In this document: piece by piece, positions 26,358-36,454 of the stretch | Position numbering within the stretch: position 1 is the first letter of the stretch | Layout: each line of letters opens with the position of its first letter | From: Candidatus Levybacteria bacterium RIFCSPHIGHO2_01_FULL_38_26 | GTDB taxonomy: Bacteria; Patescibacteriota; Microgenomatia; Levybacterales; UBA12049 | Assembly: GCA_001782075.1 (NCBI GenBank) | Contig: MFNO01000037.1 | Coordinates: forward strand, 1-61,434 | Direction of reading: 5' to 3' | Length of the DNA: 61,434 nt | Program-made: the position numbers and the translations under genes | The notes under the pieces: generated by a model | What the model saw: only the letters and a program-made list of their open reading frames with translations | What the model was told of the DNA's origin: nothing | Databases searched by the model: none

Positions 26358-27325
26358 AGATATCTTTTGTCGCGACAGTTTTTAATGAAGAAAAAACGAT
26401 AGGGTATTTTTTAGATTCTTTGTTTAAGCAGACAAAAATTCCGGATGAAATAATTATAATTGATGGAGGAAGCGCAGATAAGACAGTCAATAAAATTAAA
26501 AGTTACCCGCTTCGCAGAAGCTTGGGTGAGGCGAATAGCTCAAAAATAAAAATATTGGTTAGTCCAAATTCTACTATAGCGCAGGGAAGAAATATTGGAA
26601 TCGAAAAGGCATCGGGAGAAATTATAGCCATGTCTGATGCTGGATGTATCTTGCATAAAGATTGGCTTGAAAAAATTACAAAACCTTTCATTAAGGACAA
26701 TGTAGATATTGTTGCAGGATTTTATAGAATGACTGGTTCAAAGTCTATTCAAAAAGCTCTTGCATTATATCTGGGTATACCTCCAAAAAGATTTGATCAA
26801 AATAAATTCTTACCCTCTGCCCGTTCTATTGCTTTTAGTAAATCAATATGGAAAAAAGTAGGAGGATTTGACGAAAAATTAGAAAGAGCCGGAGAAGATA
26901 CGATATTTAATTATCTGGCAATTAAGATTGGCGCAAAATTTTATAGGGTAAAAGACGCTTTGGTAGACTGGGAAGTGCCAAAGAATCTTTGGGATGGCTT
27001 TAAAAAATTTTATATTTACGTAAAGGGAGATATAGAGGGAGGCATCTGGTGGCATCCAAAGCAACAGTTTTCAACGCACAATATAAAAATTTTAAGCGTC
27101 TTTGCACGTTATATTACTGGGGGAATCTTATTGGTTTTCGCATTTCAGCACGAATTCATACGTTACATTCTTATTGGATTTATTTTGGCGTATTTAGCCT
27201 GGCCTATTTGGAAAACCAGAGATATAGTAACAGATTTTAGAGTAAAACTATGGCTACCAGTTGTCCAAATATCATCTGATATAGCGATTATACTTGGAGC
27301 GATTTTTGGTATAATCAAAACATGA
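26354..27325 (+). CDS. GT2-family glycosyltransferase with a C-terminal membrane segment
   Basis: FVATVFNEEKTI...IIIIDGGSADKT...SDAGC pattern. ATGA overlap with the upstream gene. Confidence 0.85.
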   Translation: MKISFVATVFNEEKTIGYFLDSLFKQTKIPDEIIIIDGGSADKTVNKIKSYPLRRSLGEANSSKIKILVSPNSTIAQGRNIGIEKASGEIIAMSDAGCILHKDWLEKITKPFIKDNVDIVAGFYRMTGSKSIQKALALYLGIPPKRFDQNKFLPSARSIAFSKSIWKKVGGFDEKLERAGEDTIFNYLAIKIGAKFYRVKDALVDWEVPKNLWDGFKKFYIYVKGDIEGGIWWHPKQQFSTHNIKILSVFARYITGGILLVFAFQHEFIRYILIGFILAYLAWPIWKTRDIVTDFRVKLWLPVVQISSDIAIILGAIFGIIKT

Positions 27326-28437
27326 TTCCGGTATTTAAGCCAGCGCTTGACAGCGAGGAGACGGATGGAGTAATTTCTGTTCTTAAGAGCAGGTGGATAG
27401 GAAACGGCCCGGTAACAAAAGAATTTGAAAAAAAATTTCTATCTTATATTGGTGGAAAATACTGCGTTGCTGTAAATAGCGCGAGCGCGGCAATTCACCT
27501 GAGTGTTATTTCTTCAAACGTAAAACAAGGAGATGAGGTAATTACTCCATCCCTCACATTTGTCGCGACCAATCATCCAATTTTGATGCAGAGGGCAACT
27601 CCTGTCTTTTGTGACGTTGACTACGATACGCTCTGCAGTGACCCGAGTGATATCGAGAAAAAAATTACAAAAAAAACAAAAGCTATTGTTGTTGTCCATT
27701 ACGGAGGTCATCCTGTGGACATTGATCCCATTTTGAAATTATGTGAAGATCGAAATATTATGCTTATAGAAGACTGTGCCCACGCTTCTGGTTCTTACTA
27801 CAAAGACAGACATGTAGGTATATTTGGAGACTTTTCCGCCTTTTCATTTGCTGCTATAAAAAATTTGACCACTGGAGATGGCGGCATGATTGTTGGTCGT
27901 ACAAGAAAAAGTATTGAAAGCGCCCGTACTCTCGCATGGTCTGGAATTTCTGAGAGCACATGGGAAAGAGTAAAGGGAAAGAAGCTAAAGTGGCAATACA
28001 ATGTCGTATCTACAGGATGGAAATATCAAATGAATGATATCGCAGCTGCGATTGGTTTAGCTCAGCTTAAGAAACTTGAATCTAATAACCTCAAAAGAAA
28101 AAAAATAACCCAAAAATATAACAGTGCATTAAAGGATATTCCCTGGATTGAAACCCCAACTGTTAGAGATTTTGCGAAAAGTTCTTATCACAACTATGTC
28201 ATCAAACTTCCTCAGCATTTGAGAGACAGGCTTAGTGAGTATCTTGCTAAGCGTGGAGTAACAACCACTGTTCATTATATGCCAAGTCATTACTATTCGT
28301 TGTACAAAAAGTTTAGCGCAGATGTTCCTGTCACAAATAGGGTTTGGAAAAAAATTTTGCTTTTGCCTATTTATCCTGATTTAATGCAAAAAGAACAAGA
28401 TTATATAATTGACGCGTTAATTTCTTTTAATCCATAG
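27322..28437 (+). CDS. DegT/DnrJ/EryC1/StrS-family PLP-dependent sugar aminotransferase
   Basis: Lys motif FSFAAIKNLTTGDGG and an N-terminal WIGNGP region. Confidence 0.9.
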   Translation: MIPVFKPALDSEETDGVISVLKSRWIGNGPVTKEFEKKFLSYIGGKYCVAVNSASAAIHLSVISSNVKQGDEVITPSLTFVATNHPILMQRATPVFCDVDYDTLCSDPSDIEKKITKKTKAIVVVHYGGHPVDIDPILKLCEDRNIMLIEDCAHASGSYYKDRHVGIFGDFSAFSFAAIKNLTTGDGGMIVGRTRKSIESARTLAWSGISESTWERVKGKKLKWQYNVVSTGWKYQMNDIAAAIGLAQLKKLESNNLKRKKITQKYNSALKDIPWIETPTVRDFAKSSYHNYVIKLPQHLRDRLSEYLAKRGVTTTVHYMPSHYYSLYKKFSADVPVTNRVWKKILLLPIYPDLMQKEQDYIIDALISFNP

Positions 28438-28440
28438 TCA

Positions 28441-29691
28441 ATGAATAATTTCCAAATAGTATTTAAGAATACATCATTTCTGTTTTTTTCCGAGGTTGTT
28501 ATAAAGATCTTGGGTTTATTTTATTTTGTATTCTTGGCAAGGAATTTATCTGTTGATATTTTTGGACGTTATAATCTTGTGACTTCTTTCGTAACAATTT
28601 TTTCGTTTCTACCTGATATTGGAATAGGACTTGTAGTTGTGAGAGAAATCGCTCAGAAAAAGTATGATTTGTCTCTCCTTCTTGGCAATACATTTATTAT
28701 ATCAGCAGTGATGAGTTTGGTTGCAATGTTAGTAATTATTACGGCTGGAATATTTTTAGGTTTCACCGGTGAAGTAATTTTACTATTATTTATTTCATCT
28801 CTCACTCTACTTTTTTCACAAATTCGCTCGATTCCTCTTTTTTATTTTGATGGCATAGAGCGCATGGAGTATTCAGCTGTTCTTAAAGCTGTTAATTCCT
28901 TGCTTCTAATTGGTTTTGGGTTGACTGGATACATACTTGGATTCGGACTTATTGGAATTATTGGAGGGTTTTTGGTAGGCAGCGTTTTAAGTTTTTTAAT
29001 AACATGGATTGTGTTTTTACTAAAGAAAATTAAAATAAATTTAAGATTTGATAAAACCATTACAAAGAGACTTTTTTATGATGGGTTTCCTCTTGGAATT
29101 GCGGCTTTTTCAAGTCTTGTGTATGGCACGATTGATGGGATAATGCTAGAGCGCATGATTTCAGAGAGCGCGCTTGGGATATATTCTAGCGCTGTGAAAT
29201 TTGGACCAACAATTTTACAGCTTCTTAATGTGCCTTTTATTGTTGCTGTTTATCCTGCGCTTTCTCGTCTTTCGGCAGACACTATTCGCTTTAAAAAAGC
29301 AATTCTTAAGTCAGTGGGTGCTGTTCTCCTATGGTCTTTACCTGTTAGTTTTGGGGTTGCTTTTTTTGCGGATATTATCCCAGTAATTTTTGGGCAGAAG
29401 TATAACATGGGAGTCCCGATTCTAAGAGTACTTATTTTTTTTGTGCCGTTTGCCGCCGTTTCTGCTGTGCTTTACAAAGTTTTGATTGTAATTAGAAAAC
29501 AGAATCTCTATCTTGCCATAAGTATTTTTGGAGTCGTAGTCAATGTAGTCCTAAATTTCGTTCTCATAGAAAAATTTCAAATTATGGGAGCGGCTTTTGC
29601 TGCTGTTGTAACACAGGCCGGATTGTTCTTGGCTTACGCAGTGGCCGTTTATTATTTTGTTGTTAGATATGCTAAAGTACGGAAAAAATAA
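28441..29691 (+). CDS. MOP-superfamily polysaccharide flippase (Wzx-like)
   Basis: About 12 TM helices, with cluster context. Confidence 0.75.
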   Translation: MNNFQIVFKNTSFLFFSEVVIKILGLFYFVFLARNLSVDIFGRYNLVTSFVTIFSFLPDIGIGLVVVREIAQKKYDLSLLLGNTFIISAVMSLVAMLVIITAGIFLGFTGEVILLLFISSLTLLFSQIRSIPLFYFDGIERMEYSAVLKAVNSLLLIGFGLTGYILGFGLIGIIGGFLVGSVLSFLITWIVFLLKKIKINLRFDKTITKRLFYDGFPLGIAAFSSLVYGTIDGIMLERMISESALGIYSSAVKFGPTILQLLNVPFIVAVYPALSRLSADTIRFKKAILKSVGAVLLWSLPVSFGVAFFADIIPVIFGQKYNMGVPILRVLIFFVPFAAVSAVLYKVLIVIRKQNLYLAISIFGVVVNVVLNFVLIEKFQIMGAAFAAVVTQAGLFLAYAVAVYYFVVRYAKVRKK

Positions 29692-30322
29692 TTTTTTTGA
29701 TCTTGAAAAGCTTGACGCTTTGAATATTGATAGGCAATCAATAAAACTTATTCCAGATAATTCAAGAGTACTTGAGCTCGGCTGTGCTACAGGATTTTTG
29801 GGTGAGCACCTTATAAAAAAGAAAAGTTGTTATGTTGTAGGAGTTGAATTTGGGAAAGACGAAGCAAGAATTGCAAGAAAAAAACTCAACAAACTTATTG
29901 AAGGTGACATTGAAGAAAAGAAAACTCTAGGCGCGATAGACGGTAAATTTGATGTTGTATTCGCATCGGCAGTTATTGAACACCTGAAAAATCCTTGGGA
30001 CGCCCTTAGTAAATGGAAAGTTTTTTTAAACAATGGTGGTTTTTTATTAATTACGACCTCCAATATTGCCCATTGGTCTGCACGGCTAAAAATGTTGAAA
30101 GGAGAATTTAATTATCAGGATTACGGAATCCTGGACAATACGCATCTTCGTTTTTTTACAACCAAAACATTTAAAACTCTTGTTTCGGACTGCGGCTATA
30201 ATATCGATACCTTTTCAATAGATCCTGTAGGCGGCGGTCTACCAAAAATAAGCAAGCTGCTATCAAGATCTTTTCCTAATTTATTTGCTTATCAAATGTT
30301 GATTAAGGCCAGACCGAAATAA
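29669..30322 (+). CDS. class I SAM-dependent methyltransferase
   Basis: Motif I VLELGCATGFLG. ATG at 29669 preferred over TTG at 29657. Confidence 0.8.
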   Translation: MLKYGKNNFFDLEKLDALNIDRQSIKLIPDNSRVLELGCATGFLGEHLIKKKSCYVVGVEFGKDEARIARKKLNKLIEGDIEEKKTLGAIDGKFDVVFASAVIEHLKNPWDALSKWKVFLNNGGFLLITTSNIAHWSARLKMLKGEFNYQDYGILDNTHLRFFTTKTFKTLVSDCGYNIDTFSIDPVGGGLPKISKLLSRSFPNLFAYQMLIKARPK

Positions 30323-30327
30323 GATTT

Positions 30328-31170
30328 ATGGATGTCTCGATATCTGTTGTTTCTTATAACACAAAAGATCTACTTAAGCGGTGTTTGAAATCAATTTATA
30401 AAAATACTAAAGGATTAAGGTTTGAAGTTATTGTTGTTGATAATGGATCTAAAGATAATTCTTTCGAGATGGTAAAAAAAAATTTTCCAGACGTTAGGAT
30501 AATTGCAAACAAAAGCAATATATTTTTTACCAAAGCAAATAATCAGGCATTTGAAATTGCGCGAGGCAAGTATTTTCTAATACTCAATTCGGATACATAT
30601 TTTGTAGATAATTCAATTAAAAAAATGACTGATTATTTGGAAAAAAACAAAGAAGTAGGAGCTATTGAAGGACTTGAAATTTATGAAGATGGAAATTTGG
30701 TTCAAACGGGATCAAGATTTTCAACTCCCCTTATTGATTTTTATGAGCTTAGTTTTTTAGGTAAAAGGTTAAAAAATAGAAATCTGGTCGATAGATATAG
30801 ACTTGTATCAAAAGATAGACGCAGTAATTTTGAAATTGACGTTGGATGCGATGCTTTTTTGATGGTCAGAGGAGAGATTGTGAGCAGGATCGGGGGATAT
30901 GATGAAAATTTACTCTTGTACTATACAGAAAACGATCTTTGTTTGCGTATAAAAAAATTAGGATACAAGATAATGCACGTTGGTAATTCAAAGGTCATGC
31001 ATAGAGTTTCTGCTAGTGTGTCAAAGATTGGATGGAAAAAGGTGGATTATTATTACAAGGATTTATTTGCTTACTACAAAAAACACGGTTTTATGTTTAT
31101 GGGAGCGGGATTATTTTTGCTTTTAAAGACAGAAGAACAAATATTAAAACTTCTTAAAAGAAATGATTAA
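30328..31170 (+). CDS. GT2-family glycosyltransferase
   Basis: ISVVSYNTKD...VVDNGSKD...NSDT pattern. Confidence 0.85.
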   Translation: MDVSISVVSYNTKDLLKRCLKSIYKNTKGLRFEVIVVDNGSKDNSFEMVKKNFPDVRIIANKSNIFFTKANNQAFEIARGKYFLILNSDTYFVDNSIKKMTDYLEKNKEVGAIEGLEIYEDGNLVQTGSRFSTPLIDFYELSFLGKRLKNRNLVDRYRLVSKDRRSNFEIDVGCDAFLMVRGEIVSRIGGYDENLLLYYTENDLCLRIKKLGYKIMHVGNSKVMHRVSASVSKIGWKKVDYYYKDLFAYYKKHGFMFMGAGLFLLLKTEEQILKLLKRND

Positions 31171-32548
31171 GCTGACAATTGTTTTTTTGATTCTTCTTTC
31201 TTCTTTCTTGCGATTCTATAGACTTGATGAGTTGATGCCTTTTATTGGCGATCAGGGCTTGTTTTATCTTCCTGCGCGAGATATCTTGATAGAAGGAGTG
31301 ATTCCTCTGGTTGGACCAGAGACCAGTCATATCTGGATTCATCACGGCGCGCACTGGACTTATGTACTTGCCGTAATCTTGTGGTTTTTTAACTTTAATC
31401 CAGTTCCGCCTGCGTATTTTATTGCAGGCTTAGGAGTAGCGACTGTATGGTTGCTGTATAAAACTGTTGCTGAAATATTTTCCAAAAGAATCGCTTTGAT
31501 TACGGCTTTTTTTTATGCCACTTCTCCTCTTGTTGTTCTAAACGCAAGAATGCCTTATCACACGAGTCCTATCCCTTTTTTGACAATCCTTCTAATCCTG
31601 GCTATATGTAGATGGTTAAATGGCAATGTATACTACTTTCCATTGATCACTTTTTTGGTTGGGGTTCTTTATAATCATGAGATTACGACATTTGTCTTAT
31701 TTATTCCTATAATTGTTATCCTTTTTTATGGTTTTATTAAAAAAAAGCCGTGGACGAAAAAACTTATTGATAAAAAAATAATTTTTTACTCCCTTGTCTC
31801 CCTTCTGGTTCCAATGACACCTTTCATATTATATGACCTAAACAATGGTTATAAGCAGACGTTTGGATTTATTGTTTGGGTTTTATATAGGATCTTTAAA
31901 TTTCCAATAAATGTTTTTAACGGTTCTGATGTATCTATGGAGTTTTTTGTACACGTTACCCAACTTATTTTTGCACCAAGCCTTTTGACTTCTCTTGCGA
32001 TCTTGTTCTTCTCTTTTATTTATTTTATTTACATTGTGTACAAAAAATTAAAGAAAAGAAATTTGGATAAGGGACACGTTTTGCTTTTCCTTTATATTGT
32101 TATCCCTACAGCTGGTTTGTTCGCGCACAGAAGTCCAATAGAAGCAGACACTTTGCTTATTTCTCCTTTTGTAATAATGGTAATCGCAGTTTTTTTTGAC
32201 AAACTTTTATTTTTTAGAATTATTAAAATTCCAGTATTTGCTGCAATAATACTTATTGGTACTATCAATTCATATTATCTTCTTTCAACAGAATATTTAA
32301 CAAATATTGGCAGTTCTTCTCGTATTACTTTTGAAGAGAGAATAAAAGCAGTAGAAAACATAAAAAAACTTGTTGGAGGAAAACAATATAGTCTTGTGGG
32401 CAAAGGCGAGCTTAGCAATTTTTCTATGTTTACCATGAATTATGAATATATATTGTGGTGGAAAGGCTACCCAACATCAAAAGAAAAAGTTGATCTAAAG
32501 ATTGTTGTTTTGGAAAAAAATGGTGATATTTTTGTGTCCAAGGAATGA
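31163..32548 (+). CDS. GT-C-fold (ArnT/PMT-like) polytopic membrane glycosyltransferase, paralog 1
   Basis: Multi-TM protein. The first-loop acidic motif FLRFYRLDELMPFIGDQG is shared with the next gene. Confidence 0.65.
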   Translation: MIKLTIVFLILLSSFLRFYRLDELMPFIGDQGLFYLPARDILIEGVIPLVGPETSHIWIHHGAHWTYVLAVILWFFNFNPVPPAYFIAGLGVATVWLLYKTVAEIFSKRIALITAFFYATSPLVVLNARMPYHTSPIPFLTILLILAICRWLNGNVYYFPLITFLVGVLYNHEITTFVLFIPIIVILFYGFIKKKPWTKKLIDKKIIFYSLVSLLVPMTPFILYDLNNGYKQTFGFIVWVLYRIFKFPINVFNGSDVSMEFFVHVTQLIFAPSLLTSLAILFFSFIYFIYIVYKKLKKRNLDKGHVLLFLYIVIPTAGLFAHRSPIEADTLLISPFVIMVIAVFFDKLLFFRIIKIPVFAAIILIGTINSYYLLSTEYLTNIGSSSRITFEERIKAVENIKKLVGGKQYSLVGKGELSNFSMFTMNYEYILWWKGYPTSKEKVDLKIVVLEKNGDIFVSKE

Positions 32549-33900
32549 AAAAAAGTGATATTTTGATCATCTTGATGCTTGCAGCGGCATTATTTTTAAG
32601 ATTTTATAGACTTGACGAGTTGATGCCTTTTATTGGCGATCATGCCTGGTTTTATCTTTCGGCGCGGGATATGATTTTGAGTGGACAAATTCCTTTGGTT
32701 GGAATCGAATCAAGCCATACGTGGGTGCATCAAGGCTCTTTGTGGACATACGTTTTAGCATTGCCACTTTTGGTGTCTAATTTTAACCCTTTAAGCGGTG
32801 CTTATTTGACAGCAGTGGTAGGGGTTGTCACTGTTTTTTTGGTTTACAAAATAGGAACAGAAATGTTTTCAAGAAGAGTTGGGATTATATCTGCTGTATT
32901 GTTTTCTTTTTCACCGCTTGTTGTTATCCATTCGCGAATTCCTTACCACACAAGCCTTATTCCTCTTTTTTCACTACTGTTTTTTTTCTTTTTATACAAA
33001 TGGATAAAAGGAGATGTTCGTTTTTTTCCTCTTGTGTTTCTCATTCTACCGATTTTATACAATTTAGAACTGGCAACTATGGTTTTTTGGATTTTGTTGA
33101 TAATTATATTTATTTACGGCTTAATTAAAAGGAAAACTTGGACAAGGGCTGTACTTAGGACAAAAATAATATTCCTAAGTATTCTCTTTTTTTTGCTTCC
33201 ATTGTTGCCTATGATAGTTTATGATTTAAAAGAAAACTCAGGTTTTTATCAATCAACCGCTTTTTTCAGGCTCATTAAAATATACTTGTTTTCAAAAAAC
33301 TTTACATTTTCTTTTGACGCAGTGCAGAGTGTTTTTTCTTCTCTTTTTCTTTTCAATCAACGATTGGTATTTTTGGCAGGTGGATTTACTGCATTTTTGA
33401 TTACTATATCAAGCTTTTTCAATCTATTGTTTACTGCCCGCAAAAAGAAAGCTTTTTCTTTGTATCTACTTTCGCTTTGGGTTATAATTCCTCTTTTCGG
33501 AATATTTGTAAGCCATACTGCTTCAGAAGCTTATATGCCAATGATTTTGCCTGCGATTATTTTCTCGATCGCAATTTTCATTAATTTTTTCTTAAGATTT
33601 TATAAATTTGCCACGATTGTAATTGTTTTATTCATTTTATCTACAAACATTTTTTTGACAATCAAGAAAAACTATTTCATGAATACCTCCCCAGGCTACG
33701 GTTTAAGTTTCTCAAAAAGAGTCCTTATCGCTAAAAATCTAGTCGAAAAATCAAAAGGAAATGCCTATAATTTAATAGGGAATGGTCCCGGAAATGAACA
33801 TAAGAACTTTTTGCTTAACTATGAATATTTGACGTGGCGACTGGGACACCCGCCATCAAAAAAAAGTGAGATACTTAAGTTTGTTATAGAAGAAAAATAA
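32545..33900 (+). CDS. GT-C-fold (ArnT/PMT-like) polytopic membrane glycosyltransferase, paralog 2
   Basis: FLRFYRLDELMPFIGDHA, PYHTS and other blocks are colinear with paralog 1. ATGA overlap. Confidence 0.65.
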   Translation: MKKSDILIILMLAAALFLRFYRLDELMPFIGDHAWFYLSARDMILSGQIPLVGIESSHTWVHQGSLWTYVLALPLLVSNFNPLSGAYLTAVVGVVTVFLVYKIGTEMFSRRVGIISAVLFSFSPLVVIHSRIPYHTSLIPLFSLLFFFFLYKWIKGDVRFFPLVFLILPILYNLELATMVFWILLIIIFIYGLIKRKTWTRAVLRTKIIFLSILFFLLPLLPMIVYDLKENSGFYQSTAFFRLIKIYLFSKNFTFSFDAVQSVFSSLFLFNQRLVFLAGGFTAFLITISSFFNLLFTARKKKAFSLYLLSLWVIIPLFGIFVSHTASEAYMPMILPAIIFSIAIFINFFLRFYKFATIVIVLFILSTNIFLTIKKNYFMNTSPGYGLSFSKRVLIAKNLVEKSKGNAYNLIGNGPGNEHKNFLLNYEYLTWRLGHPPSKKSEILKFVIEEK

Positions 33901-33945
33901 ATGATTTGATAGAATCTTTCGTTTGATATAATTTTGATAAATAAT

Positions 33946-34761
33946 ATGAATAACGTGAGAAAAAGAATAACCTTGGATACAAATTTAAGAGAAGTTAAAT
34001 TCTCTGCTGTTATTTTAACAAAAAACGAAGAAGATAATATCGTTGACTGTCTAGATTCTGTTTTGTGGTGCGATGAGATTATTATTGTAGACGATATGTC
34101 TAAAGATAGAACTATCGAAATAGTAAAAAACTTAAAAAATAAAAAAATAAAAATTTTTAACAGGTCTATTGATAATGATTTTTCTGCTCAAAGAAACTAC
34201 GCGCTTGAAAAAGCAAATGGAGAGTGGGTATTGTTTGTGGACGCGGACGAGAGGATTTCCGAGGGTCTCAGATTTGAGATAGAACAAATTATCGCACCTC
34301 AGAACCTGTTTGACTTGAAAATTAAAGGTTTTAAGATCAGGAGAACGGACTTTTTATGGGGGAAGCAATTGACACATGGAGAAGCTGGAAACATAAAATT
34401 TGTGAGACTCGCCAAAAAAAACGCAGGGAGCTGGATGGGAAAGGTACATGAGGAATGGAAGATTAATGGAAAAGTCGCAGATCTTAAAAATCTTCTTTAT
34501 CACTATCCTCATCAGTCAATTTCGCTGTTTTTAAAAGAGATTAACTATTATACTGATATACGCGCAAAAGAACTTTATGACAAGAAAAAAAATCCACCAC
34601 CTTTTTTTGCGATAATCTTCCCTTTGGGAAAGTTTATATTTAGTTTCATATTTAAAAGGGGATTTATGGACGGAATTGAGGGTTTTATTTTTGCCGTTCT
34701 AATGAGTTTTCACTCGTTTTTAGTAAGAGGCAAGTTATGGATACTATGGCAAAAAAAATAA
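33946..34761 (+). CDS. GT2-family glycosyltransferase with a C-terminal TM region
   Basis: SAVILTKNEEDNI...IIVDDMSKDRT...VDADE pattern. ATG at 33946 preferred over TTG at 33934. Confidence 0.8.
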   Translation: MNNVRKRITLDTNLREVKFSAVILTKNEEDNIVDCLDSVLWCDEIIIVDDMSKDRTIEIVKNLKNKKIKIFNRSIDNDFSAQRNYALEKANGEWVLFVDADERISEGLRFEIEQIIAPQNLFDLKIKGFKIRRTDFLWGKQLTHGEAGNIKFVRLAKKNAGSWMGKVHEEWKINGKVADLKNLLYHYPHQSISLFLKEINYYTDIRAKELYDKKKNPPPFFAIIFPLGKFIFSFIFKRGFMDGIEGFIFAVLMSFHSFLVRGKLWILWQKK

Positions 34762-34840
34762 AAATTGTTGGTTTTGCTTTTTGGTCGCTGTTTATTCTGG
34801 TTTATTATATAACTTATCTACTTTGTACTAGAGGAGGGGT

Positions 34841-36454
34841 ATGTTTGCGCTTGCCATTTTAATTGGGATTTATTCGTATCTTGTAATGGCTTTAGGGTTT
34901 GCTGGATTCCTCTATAAACCAGTACTTGTATCTATAAGCTTAATTTATTTGTTTGCAATTATTTTCTTCCATAAACTATGGCTAAAGACAAGTTTTTTCA
35001 GATGTTTGGAGATATTAAAAAAAATTCAAAAGCAAAAAATATTTTTTTTCTTATTTATATTGTTGTTTTTGCAAGCATTGATTAATTTTATAGGAGTTTT
35101 GGGACCTGAGCTTGGATTTGACGCGCTGTGGTACCACTTGACTCTTCCAAAGATTTATCTTGAAAACCATTCTGTTTTTTATATCCCCGGAGGTCTACTA
35201 TATTACTCCGTAATGCCAAAGCTCACGGAGATGATTTATATTTCGGCGCTCGCCTTTAATGGTGAGATTCTTGCAAAACTTATTCATTTTTCTTTTGGGA
35301 TACTCACATGTGTTGCTTTGTATAAAGTTTCTCGGGAGTTTTTTTCTTCAAAAGCTTCATTAATCGGAGTTGTTATTTTTTATTCAAATCTTGTGGTAGG
35401 GTGGCAGTCAATAACAGCGTATGTTGACCTCGCAAGAACTTTTTTTGAGTTGTTGGCTCTGTGGGGATTTATTAAACTTTATAAAAGCGGAGAAAAAAAA
35501 TGGTTGGTTGAATCAGCTGTAATGTTGGGCTTGGCAATCTCTACAAAACTTTTAGCTTTAGGATCTCTTCTAATCTTCTCTTTATTAATAATATTCTATT
35601 TTCTCCATGTTAAAAAAAATCTTAACAATTTGTTTATTGGTCTATTTGTTTATTGGTCTATTTGTTTATTGGTCCCACTTCCGTGGTTTGTATTTTCATA
35701 TATCAATACGGGAAGTCCTATCTTTCCATTTTTTACGGATTTGTATAGATTTAACCTTGATATAAGCTTGATTAATCCAATAAAGTTTATTGTAGATACA
35801 TGGGATGTATTTACAAAATCAAGCGACCCGGTCTCACCTATATACATTATCTTTTTGCCTTTAATTTTATTCTTCTTCAAAAAAAGTAAATTTGATTTGA
35901 AAGTTATCTACATTTACTCAATTATTGCTATTGTTATTTGGTATCTTACTCCAAGAACTGGCGGGGGAAGGTTTATATTGCCGTACTTACCTGCGCTTTC
36001 AATCTTGTGCGTGAGTGTTTTGGAAAAAACAAAAGGCAAAATTTTAGGCATTACTTTAATCGGTCTTGTTATAATAGTTTCCATTGTTTCTATCGTTTAT
36101 CGAGGGATCGCAAACTTTAAGTATTTGCCAGTTGTTATCGGCAAACAGACAAGAGCTGATTTTTTGTCTTTGAATCTTAATTTTAGCTTCGGGGATTTTT
36201 ACGATACAGACGGGTATTTTAAAAATACTATAAAAACAACAGACAAAGTGCTTTTGTATGGCTTTCACAATTTATATTATGTAAATTTTCCATTCGTTGA
36301 CTCATCATGGGTTAAAAAGGGAGATACTTTTAACTATATTGCGGTCCAGGAAGCGGATTTGCCGGAAAGATTTTGGGATTGGGATCTAATTTATCATAAT
36401 CAAAAAACAAAAGTGAAGCTTTATTCAAAAGGAGGCATAATGTGGCATTACTAA
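34841..36454 (+). CDS. large polytopic membrane protein, GT-C-like (putative glycosyltransferase)
   Basis: More than 10 TM helices, loop motif GFDALWYHL, GGAGG RBS, cluster context. Confidence 0.5.
   Translation: MFALAILIGIYSYLVMALGFAGFLYKPVLVSISLIYLFAIIFFHKLWLKTSFFRCLEILKKIQKQKIFFFLFILLFLQALINFIGVLGPELGFDALWYHLTLPKIYLENHSVFYIPGGLLYYSVMPKLTEMIYISALAFNGEILAKLIHFSFGILTCVALYKVSREFFSSKASLIGVVIFYSNLVVGWQSITAYVDLARTFFELLALWGFIKLYKSGEKKWLVESAVMLGLAISTKLLALGSLLIFSLLIIFYFLHVKKNLNNLFIGLFVYWSICLLVPLPWFVFSYINTGSPIFPFFTDLYRFNLDISLINPIKFIVDTWDVFTKSSDPVSPIYIIFLPLILFFFKKSKFDLKVIYIYSIIAIVIWYLTPRTGGGRFILPYLPALSILCVSVLEKTKGKILGITLIGLVIIVSIVSIVYRGIANFKYLPVVIGKQTRADFLSLNLNFSFGDFYDTDGYFKNTIKTTDKVLLYGFHNLYYVNFPFVDSSWVKKGDTFNYIAVQEADLPERFWDWDLIYHNQKTKVKLYSKGGIMWHY
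35631..35674 (+). repeat. 16-bp tandem repeat TGTTTATTGGTCTATT x2.75 inside the GT-C-like CDS
   Basis: Read directly. The unit length is not a multiple of 3. Confidence 0.95.

Noticed and set aside
35631-35674. Short tandem repeats (16-bp here, 7-bp at 21545 and 55631) as a possible CRISPR array
   Set aside because: The repeats are contiguous with no spacers, lie inside ORFs, and are far shorter than CRISPR repeats. No cas genes are present.
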